A stretch of 64,000 nt of DNA from Candidatus Abzuiibacterium crystallinum. GTDB lineage: Bacteria; Omnitrophota; Omnitrophia; Omnitrophales; Abzuiibacteriaceae. Location: assembly GCA_002787155.1 (NCBI GenBank), contig PCVY01000028.1, forward strand, positions 9,478 through 73,477, written 5' to 3'. Numbering within the stretch: position 1 is the stretch's first letter; every line of letters begins with the position of its first letter. A program made the position numbers and the translations under genes. Of this stretch, positions 57,661-64,000 are shown piece by piece. The notes under the pieces were generated by a model. The model had not been told where the DNA came from, made no database searches, and was given only the letters and a program-made list of their open reading frames with translations.

Positions 57661-60421
57661 CTAATTCTCCTTGTTCAATTTCAGTAATATGGTCAATTTG
57701 TTCCCAATTAATTTTAAATATTTTAACGGTTGTTTTTTGATCACTTTCTTGATAAACGGGCTTAAATAAAGAAAGCGTGATGCCATCCAAATAATACAAT
57801 TGATACAGCACTGAACGGATCAATGCCGGATCCGCGACAACTGCGCGCAACTGGCCCTGACGTTTAAAAAGCAAAACTGACAATGATACTTGGCTTTGAG
57901 GAAAAACATGCTCTACCAGTTTTTGATCAGTGACTTCAAAAACACTATAGGGCTGAATTCGTCCTACCCCGCTTGGCGGCTGTATCCAGATGCTTTGTGT
58001 TTGCATGTCCAGCAAAACACCGTTCTCGAATAATATCTTGTTCTCTTTTTGTTCACGAATCCCTGCTTCCGGCAAATATTTCCAAGCACCTTCAATCGTA
58101 TCGAACACCTCACTTAAATAGCCTTGAAATTTTTTCTCCTTCACTTCTTCATATCTGGTTAAATTTGTTGTGAGCCACCGATCTGCTGCCTGACCACCCA
58201 AGAAAGTTGGGCTCAAACCCACTTCCAGTGGCACTGAAGATTGCGATGCCTGAGGTGTCACGGGCGCTTGACTGTTTATTTGGTGATTAGGAATAAGAAG
58301 AGGATTTGTCCAGAAGGGTGTCTGTAAAACATTTTGAACCCAGTTACCCAAAGCAAGAATGATAGGTTTTTGAGTCAGTTGTTTTTTTTGCTGAAACTCT
58401 TTTGCCTTCCTAAAATTCCACTTTGCAAGGAGGGTCAAGGCTAAATTTTTTTCCATCAAATCATTATAAAGAAATAGATAAGAAGGCGGCGGTTGCTCAA
58501 TTTGTATCAAATTAACAAATGCTTTTTGTTCATCCGCTGACATTTTTCCGCTTAATTGCGCCATCAGGCTTGCTGGATCTAACGTCATGGAATCAGTAAT
58601 TAATTCGATGGCATCTGACAACTCCCAATGGCGCTCAAGCAGAAAATCAAGAGGCGCATTGCCTTTTGTGTTAACCATATTAAATAATCCAACTGCTGTT
58701 TTCTCATCAGAAGAAAGAAAAGCTCTGGCCATCCAATAGGTTTGGTGATTTTGCTGGGTGCCGCCGTCAATAACGGTGCGGCGTTCGGCGACTGCATTAA
58801 TAAAATAGCCGGGAGGCCACCAGCTATCAATAATGGCATTCGGGGGACTCTTCTCTTTTAAGTTCAGTAGACTATTATACCAAACATCATTCATAATCCT
58901 ACTCACCCCTTGCGCCCCGATATGTCCCAGAACCAACGGTACCGGAAGAAACAGACAGATCATGAGGAGCCTGGACACATATTCAAAAATCCTGATCCGA
59001 GGTGAATGTGAAAGAAAAATATTTCTAACGTTTAAGAGAGACTGCTCGATCGCATAGAACCCAAGGGCTGTCATGAAACCAAATGGGACTACCAACAAAA
59101 TAGCAAAACGCTCTGTTCGTAACGCCAATAAAATGGTAGGGATAGAAAATATAAAAATCACAAGCCATGCGAAACCCAACTCGGCCTTTTTCTCTTTTAA
59201 AAGAATGGCAATCAAGTAGCAAATGCCGTAAAGAGCAACCATTGCCATCACGGGGCTGCTGCATAAATACACCAGCTTTTTTATCGTCAAAGAATTGGTT
59301 TCGGCCACTGTTAAAAACGCATTTGGCCAAACCGAGACATCTGTGGATGAAAACATGGGGAGAAAGGTAAAAGACTCTTGAAAGACTTCCCACAAACCTC
59401 GCGGGGTCAAAAACAACACTGCCGCCGCCAATGTTGTGATGCCGTAAATAAGTCCAAACAAAAACATATGGTGCTTCATTCTAACGGCCAATTGGATAAA
59501 TCCAATTGCCAAACAGATGACGAATGCAAGCATAAACATATAAATCCATCCTGCCCAAAACAGCGTGTAGACCCCCGTGAGAAAACCAGCCGCAATCGGA
59601 TATCGAAATTGCTTTCTGTTTCCCTGTCGGCAGGCGAGGCACATGAGTCCGAAAATTAGGAGCTGGAATAACGGTTGGTAAGGATCGGTGTCATACCACC
59701 CAAGCGCACTCCTTTGCAAGTAAGCGGGAGCCAGCATCAAAGTAACGAGCCCTAGAAAAAGGGCGGATCCGCTTAAATTAAGCATCCGCCCAACCACAAA
59801 AAAAAGAAGACAACTTGCGCACACGAGAACAAGCGGAAAATATGAAAGCCCCTCCATCATATCAATTTTAGGATTCAAAGCATGAATGATCTTAAACCAG
59901 GAATAGCCTAAATATGGATGAAGCGTCTTGAGTGCCCACGCTCCGCTGGGGGCTTCACGAAGAGAGTTGAAAAAGCGCCCCGATTGATACGCGGATGATA
60001 ACTGACCCTCCTTTACAATCCGTTGAGTAAGGCTATAATAGTAATAAGAATCAGCGCCCAATAAGTAAATTCTTGAGTGTCCTTCATTACCGCCCCCTTT
60101 TGCTATTTGACTTGCCAATTTCTCAACACTTTCTTGAAATTGATCGTGGCTATTTTCAATAATTCTATCTGCTTGTTCATGCACCAATTGGTTCTTTAAT
60201 TTTTGATCAAGTCCTGGCAGTGAAGTTTCGTCTATGTTTTTTTTGATTTGACTGACAATTTTATTGTAAACCGCATCCCGCGCTAACTTGTGCGCAACAA
60301 AAGGTGAAACTTTGCGCAAGGTCTCTGTTCTAAAAAAACAGGCAATCAATCCAGATAAGATAATCAGCCCAATCCAGAAAAGACGCGACAGAAGACGATT
60401 GTCTTGCTGAAAAGTATGCAT
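57644..60421 (-). CDS. STT3/AglB/PglB-family oligosaccharyltransferase-like membrane protein (OTase-2). The WWDYG motif is replaced by SWWPPGY.
   Basis: The 925 aa product is a paralog of OTase-1. It has YLLGADSYYYYSLTQRI (EL1 acidic motif), a TIxE-like TVAE, and IIDSWWPPGYFINAVAERRTVIDGG aligning with PglB WWDYGY…TLVDGG. A long C-terminal periplasmic extension follows. Confidence 0.65.
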   Translation of the reverse strand: MHTFQQDNRLLSRLFWIGLIILSGLIACFFRTETLRKVSPFVAHKLARDAVYNKIVSQIKKNIDETSLPGLDQKLKNQLVHEQADRIIENSHDQFQESVEKLASQIAKGGGNEGHSRIYLLGADSYYYYSLTQRIVKEGQLSSAYQSGRFFNSLREAPSGAWALKTLHPYLGYSWFKIIHALNPKIDMMEGLSYFPLVLVCASCLLFFVVGRMLNLSGSALFLGLVTLMLAPAYLQRSALGWYDTDPYQPLFQLLIFGLMCLACRQGNRKQFRYPIAAGFLTGVYTLFWAGWIYMFMLAFVICLAIGFIQLAVRMKHHMFLFGLIYGITTLAAAVLFLTPRGLWEVFQESFTFLPMFSSTDVSVWPNAFLTVAETNSLTIKKLVYLCSSPVMAMVALYGICYLIAILLKEKKAELGFAWLVIFIFSIPTILLALRTERFAILLVVPFGFMTALGFYAIEQSLLNVRNIFLSHSPRIRIFEYVSRLLMICLFLPVPLVLGHIGAQGVSRIMNDVWYNSLLNLKEKSPPNAIIDSWWPPGYFINAVAERRTVIDGGTQQNHQTYWMARAFLSSDEKTAVGLFNMVNTKGNAPLDFLLERHWELSDAIELITDSMTLDPASLMAQLSGKMSADEQKAFVNLIQIEQPPPSYLFLYNDLMEKNLALTLLAKWNFRKAKEFQQKKQLTQKPIILALGNWVQNVLQTPFWTNPLLIPNHQINSQAPVTPQASQSSVPLEVGLSPTFLGGQAADRWLTTNLTRYEEVKEKKFQGYLSEVFDTIEGAWKYLPEAGIREQKENKILFENGVLLDMQTQSIWIQPPSGVGRIQPYSVFEVTDQKLVEHVFPQSQVSLSVLLFKRQGQLRAVVADPALIRSVLYQLYYLDGITLSLFKPVYQESDQKTTVKIFKINWEQIDHITEIEQGELDEKTT

Positions 60422-60458
60422 TGATATCCGCCAAAGTTAATATAAAATAATTGAGCCA

Positions 60459-60719
60459 TCGGGGAGTTAATTTTATCAATCCCCGCTGGCTCATCCCAGC
60501 GCATTGCTTTTTAATGCGCGTGGGATTACCAATGAAACCCCATACCAGCCCCGCTTGATCGTGACTGGTATGGGGTGAGAGGTCGGGGAAACTCCTCGAC
60601 CTCTCAAATAATTGAGGTGTTATCCCAGCGGGGATTGTTTCCGCCAAAGGCCAGATCTCCGCCGGAGGGACGGATCAGTCCTTTGGCTGAGGTCCTCTGG
60701 CGGAAGAATTAACTCCCCG
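60459..60719. ncRNA. GC-rich, highly structured element with nested inverted repeats, a candidate structured ncRNA / cis-regulatory leader or a MITE-like repeat
   Basis: Outer 13-bp inverted repeat CGGGGAGTTAATT (60459-60471) / AATTAACTCCCCG (60707-60719). An inner 13-bp pair CAATCCCCGCTGG (60477-60489) / CCAGCGGGGATTG (60625-60637). Several internal hairpins (60495-60526, 60538-60575, 60577-60604, 60639-60705). Local GC is clearly higher than the AT-rich flanks. It lies in the divergent intergenic region between OTase-2 and a GT2 gene. Confidence 0.4.
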
Positions 60720-60781
60720 TTGAATCAAATAATTTAGTAACTGATATTGATTAGCCGATAAATTAATCACAAAAAGGGCAT

Positions 60782-61486
60782 ATGAACACCCAAAAAATAC
60801 TTATCATTGTTCCCGCACTTAATGAAGAAAAACTCATCGGAGACCTTGTCCGTGAAATTAAGGCCGCCTATCCGTATGATGTTTTGGTCATTAACGATGG
60901 CTCGCTTGATCAAACTGCAGTTTATGCTGTTCAAGCGGGTGCCAAAGTTGTAACACATCCTTATAATCTTGGGATTGGCGGTGCCGTTCAAACAGGTTTT
61001 AAGTTTGCTGAGAAAGAGGGATATAAAATTGTTGTACAAGTTGACGGCGACGCTCAACATGACCCGCGATACATCCAGCCTCTTATAGAACCTGTCTTAA
61101 AAGGGCAATTTGATTTGTGTATTGGATCTCGTTTTATTAAACCTTCCGACACGTTTAAATCTACATTCATTCGGCGAATTGGTATCCGTTTTTTTGCTGT
61201 TCTATTGGGCTGGCTAACCGGTGTCCATGTAACGGACCCAACATCCGGCTTTCGAGCCACCGGCCCTGCTCTGATTAAACCATTTTCAACGAACTACCCC
61301 GTCGATTTTCCGGAGCCTGAAACCATTAAAATCGCAAAACGCTTAGGCGCTCATGTTGGCGAAGTCCCTGTGCAGATGCGTCAGCGTCTAAGCGGTCATT
61401 CGTCGATTCGCTATTTTCGAACGGTTTACTACATGATCAAAGTCACTATAGCCATACTCATTGATGCTTTAAGACGTAACAAATAA
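60782..61486 (+). CDS. GT2 family glycosyltransferase, DPM1-like polyprenyl-phosphate sugar synthase
   Basis: N-terminus ILIIVPALNEEKLIGDLV…VLVINDGSLDQT…VVQVDGDAQHDP (DxD). The protein is 234 aa. A small DUF2304-type membrane protein gene follows. Confidence 0.7.
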   Translation: MNTQKILIIVPALNEEKLIGDLVREIKAAYPYDVLVINDGSLDQTAVYAVQAGAKVVTHPYNLGIGGAVQTGFKFAEKEGYKIVVQVDGDAQHDPRYIQPLIEPVLKGQFDLCIGSRFIKPSDTFKSTFIRRIGIRFFAVLLGWLTGVHVTDPTSGFRATGPALIKPFSTNYPVDFPEPETIKIAKRLGAHVGEVPVQMRQRLSGHSSIRYFRTVYYMIKVTIAILIDALRRNK

Positions 61487-61495
61487 AGGTGATTT

Positions 61496-61846
61496 ATGAA
61501 TGTAAATTTCTTTGCAATTTTAAGCGCTTTTCTTATTTTATGTTTGGTTATTGAACTGATTCGACAACAAAAAATGACCTTTAAATATTCTTTATCGTGG
61601 TTGAGCGCCAGCCTTCTTGTTATCATTCTTGCTTTTAATGAAAAACTCTTAGCTAAAATCTCTACTTTTTTTGGCTTTGAACTGCTGAGTAATTTTATTT
61701 TCTTTTTGCTTCTTTTATTTTTTGTCTTCTTAAGTCTTCGGTTAACGATATTTATTAACGAACAAAATAACCGAAGTGAAACTTTGGCTCAAACGGTTGG
61801 TATTCTTGAGCATAAAATTAACGAGCTCGAGAAAAAAACACACTAA
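61496..61846 (+). CDS. Small membrane protein (DUF2304-like), a GT2-associated partner
   Basis: The 116 aa product has two or three TM helices and a C-terminal coiled-coil tail. It forms a conserved gene pair immediately downstream of a DPM1-like GT2 gene. Confidence 0.5.
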   Translation: MNVNFFAILSAFLILCLVIELIRQQKMTFKYSLSWLSASLLVIILAFNEKLLAKISTFFGFELLSNFIFFLLLLFFVFLSLRLTIFINEQNNRSETLAQTVGILEHKINELEKKTH

Positions 61847-61854
61847 GTCCTTTG

Positions 61855-62523
61855 TTAGAAAAACTCAAATCCCGCTCCTCCCTGAGTCGTATCAGATTCG
61901 CTCTTCTCTGGCGTTTTCATAATGTCTTCAATCCGTCGCGCTAAATCGTCGCGGCCGATCTGACGGAGCAGTGTTATTGACTTGAGCGCAGCTCCTCGCT
62001 TTTCTGCCGCGACATAGGCAAGCCCTAATCCATACTGCGCTTCCACAACGTCTGGGTCTCGCTTGACTGCCTTTTCAAAATACTGAACTGCATCGTACCC
62101 GTTTTGTTTCTGTAATTCTAACCAACCTAATCCCGTGTAGCCTTTTGCAAAGTTTGGATCGGCTTCAATTGATTTTTCAAAAAATTCTTTTGCTAAAATC
62201 GGATCCTTAGCCACCCCGGCATAATAGGTCCCAATATTAAAATATGGGTCGCCGTAATGCGGATTCAGTTCGGTCGCCGTCATAAATGCGTTCATTGCAC
62301 CGATGATACCTTCTTCGGTTTTTAGAAGCGCCACACCCAAGGCATTGTGAAATTGCGGGATATTGGGATTCGCTCGTATGGCTTTACGAAATGATTCAAT
62401 GGCTAATGGGATCTCGCCTTGATTTATGAATTCAATACCAGCTTCGAAATAATGACGCTCATCTTGCGCTCGCAGCGGTCCAGCCGTTAAAAAGAAACTT
62501 AAAAAGAAAATCAAAATGATCAC
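61855..62523 (-). CDS. Tetratricopeptide-repeat (TPR) protein, secreted
   Basis: Signal-peptide-like N-terminus. Repeated TPR signatures are present (…AIESFRKAIRANPN…, …AKEFFEKSIEADPNFAKGYTGLGWL…, …AVQYFEKAVKRDPD…). The protein is 222 aa. Confidence 0.7.
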   Translation of the reverse strand: MIILIFFLSFFLTAGPLRAQDERHYFEAGIEFINQGEIPLAIESFRKAIRANPNIPQFHNALGVALLKTEEGIIGAMNAFMTATELNPHYGDPYFNIGTYYAGVAKDPILAKEFFEKSIEADPNFAKGYTGLGWLELQKQNGYDAVQYFEKAVKRDPDVVEAQYGLGLAYVAAEKRGAALKSITLLRQIGRDDLARRIEDIMKTPEKSESDTTQGGAGFEFF

Positions 62524-63179
62524 GTCTCTTCCTCCGAGGGAATCGGCACCGTTTTATTCTGGCCTCCTGTTGTCATAGGTACTTCGGCGGGCATTACTTC
62601 AACCCCTATCTCATCTTCAGTTTCTCCGTCGTTTGTAATAAAAATGCGTGACATGGATAGACTGGCGTTAATCACATCTGAGTTTTTCCCTTTAGGTTCC
62701 AGCAAATACTGAGTGATGCGAAATAAAAAATCTGAATCTTCAAGTGCCTGCATAAATTCCAGCATGTTCCGCAACTTCCCATTACACTCGAGCGTTGTTT
62801 TGTACTCTTGCATAATTGGATTGCCTTCCACATCGCCAGGCTGCACATTTGTGATATTGATGGACATTGCTGCAGCAATTGATTCAATTTCTCTTAAAAG
62901 ATCCGCAATAATCTCCTCTTGAGCTTTCTCGCCACTATCGAGATAGTGCTGATACTGCCTGTATTCACGCAAAATACTGTCTTTGTAGGACAGAACACGA
63001 ATGCTACGCTTTATTGCTTGAGACTTCGCATCAATTTCAGCATCCAGCACTTTTTGTTCTGCCAAAATCGGCCCCAGAACAAGCAGATCCATGAGCAGCA
63101 TGAGCACGCATATAATCGCAGCGATTATTAATATTTTTTCTTTTTTTTGTAACTTGTTATAAAAATCGTTAATATTCAT
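62520..63179 (-). CDS. GspM/PilO-like type II secretion or type IV pilus inner-membrane assembly protein
   Basis: Short cytoplasmic N-terminus, a single TM segment (ILIIAAIICVLMLLMDLLVLGPIL) and a periplasmic coiled-coil domain. A 4-bp overlap with the upstream gspL-like gene. The protein is 219 aa. Confidence 0.45.
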   Translation of the reverse strand: MNINDFYNKLQKKEKILIIAAIICVLMLLMDLLVLGPILAEQKVLDAEIDAKSQAIKRSIRVLSYKDSILREYRQYQHYLDSGEKAQEEIIADLLREIESIAAAMSINITNVQPGDVEGNPIMQEYKTTLECNGKLRNMLEFMQALEDSDFLFRITQYLLEPKGKNSDVINASLSMSRIFITNDGETEDEIGVEVMPAEVPMTTGGQNKTVPIPSEEET

Positions 63180-64000
63180 TAAATTCCCTCAACCAAGGTA
63201 CATTCGATGGAAAAATCTGCTACTTCTTTTTGTCCTTCCCGCCTTGATTTTGTTTCTTTGGTTTGCACATCCGTAAAGAAATTAGATTCTTCTAATTCAG
63301 TGACGAATGCAAAAATACGTGACATGGAATCAGCTGTCCCTCCAATGGTAATGGCGCCCTCCTTGTCGTAACTAAACCTAGACAAGTAAATATCATCACC
63401 AATCATGGAATTTATCTTCTCAAAGACATGGAGACCTCTGCCCCTTTTACGCAAGAGTTCTCGAACAGCCCGACTTTTGGTTGATTTTTCTTCTAATTCC
63501 CTGGCTTGCTCAAATGTTGACTCATTTAATGTTTCCAATTTCTTGCGGTGCTCATTTTTAATATAACTCTTCACTAATAAAAAAACGCTGATTAATAGGA
63601 AGACTGTCATGATCAAAATGCCAAATTCGATAACATCTTTTCCGCTTTTTCGAAAGGACCGCCTTATTTTAATTTCCTTTGGAATTAAATCGATCCTTGT
63701 CAGGCTTAGCATCTCGTAGGAGGAGAAGACATCAAAAAATGAATCATCTGTGGCTTGTGCAATCATTTGAGATACTTCACTTCCCGTTTGAAATCTATCT
63801 TTTGCTTGAATGAATGAAACTTTTGTTTCATGATCTTTAATATAAGGAATGGCGCCTTCTATTCCCTGTTTGATTAATTCGTGGTACTCAGGTATGCTGG
63901 CAACGAACAGCATTTTAATCACTTGCCCCACACCTTGATCTTGATAAGCGACGATAGATTTACTTAATTCCGAGATAAACTCCTTGACTGCCGCTTCGCG
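63179..64000 (-). CDS. GspL-like bitopic secretion-system protein (cytoplasmic domain, TM, periplasmic domain). Partial: the N-terminus lies beyond the window end.
   Basis: The reading frame stays open upstream of the annotated GTG (63931) to the window edge. A central TM segment (ILIMTVFLLISVFLLV) separates cytoplasmic and periplasmic domains of roughly 100 aa each. It is adjacent to the gspM-like gene. Confidence 0.45.
   Translation of the reverse strand, partial: REAAVKEFISELSKSIVAYQDQGVGQVIKMLFVASIPEYHELIKQGIEGAIPYIKDHETKVSFIQAKDRFQTGSEVSQMIAQATDDSFFDVFSSYEMLSLTRIDLIPKEIKIRRSFRKSGKDVIEFGILIMTVFLLISVFLLVKSYIKNEHRKKLETLNESTFEQARELEEKSTKSRAVRELLRKRGRGLHVFEKINSMIGDDIYLSRFSYDKEGAITIGGTADSMSRIFAFVTELEESNFFTDVQTKETKSRREGQKEVADFSIECTLVEGI

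Noticed and set aside
50689-60421. Alternative reading of the two large membrane proteins as ArnT/PMT (GT39/GT83) lipid or protein mannosyltransferases rather than STT3
   Set aside because: The ArnT/PMT-like genes in this window (3026, 5638) place their D-E motif in the first loop and have a much shorter C-terminus. The 833-aa and 925-aa proteins instead show the STT3 ordering: EL1 acidic motif, then TIxE, then a C-terminal WWDYG-like block plus DGG. This still needs profile or structure confirmation.
60330-60647. 105-aa minus-strand ORF spanning the structured GC-rich element
   Set aside because: The region is dominated by nested inverted repeats and hairpins. The apparent ORF is a by-product of GC-rich palindromic sequence and lacks RBS or start-codon context.
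1-64000. Possibility that the window is archaeal, given the AglB-like OTases, sulfotransferases and DPM1/GT-C pairs
   Set aside because: The presence of GspK-, GspL- and GspM-like secretion genes, an S41 tail-specific protease, a Wzm/Wzt pair and an NeuC/NeuB module argues for a bacterial origin.
1-64000. CRISPR arrays, transposases or prophage genes
   Set aside because: No regularly spaced direct repeats, no transposase, integrase or recombinase-like ORFs, and no phage structural genes were seen. The only repeat-like feature is the single structured element at 60459..60719.

Overview
This window is a dense glycan biosynthesis and glycosylation super-locus from a bacterium. The bacterial origin is supported by GspK/GspL/GspM-like type II secretion genes and an S41 tail-specific protease. 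The background sequence is moderately AT-rich. Nearly every gene relates to building, decorating, exporting or transferring a glycan.

Main components, in order through the window:
- nucleotide-sugar pathways: a DegT aminotransferase / LbH acetyltransferase / Gfo-Idh-MocA oxidoreductase set resembling WbpE/WbpD/WbpB; Gmd plus Fcl for GDP-fucose; a second Fcl-like reductase; an HddC-like nucleotidyltransferase and a GHMP kinase; a Ugd-like dehydrogenase with an epimerase and an AsnB-like amidotransferase; and NeuC-like plus NeuB-like nonulosonic acid synthesis;
- a split ThDP-dependent E1alpha/E1beta pair flanking a second DegT enzyme;
- at least four DPM1-like GT2 polyprenyl-phosphate-sugar synthases, and at least five GT-C membrane glycosyltransferases;
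- several GT4 (GT-B) glycosyltransferases;
- a Wzm/Wzt ABC exporter in which Wzt carries a C-terminal glycan-binding extension, surrounded by four to five SAM-dependent methyltransferases, three sulfotransferases and three to four Fe/2OG-type oxygenases;
- a B12-binding radical SAM enzyme downstream of two tandem GT-C paralogs;
- two large STT3/AglB/PglB-family oligosaccharyltransferase paralogs with degenerate WWDYG motifs, one of them embedded in a T2SS-like gene cluster.

The intergenic region between OTase-2 and a divergent GT2 gene holds a GC-rich, highly structured element of about 260 nt that is a candidate ncRNA or MITE.

The system proposed here is a bacterial STT3-type protein glycosylation pathway coupled to ABC-transporter-dependent assembly of a methylated, sulfated glycan that likely contains a nonulosonic acid. 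This is an inference from the sequence and is untested.
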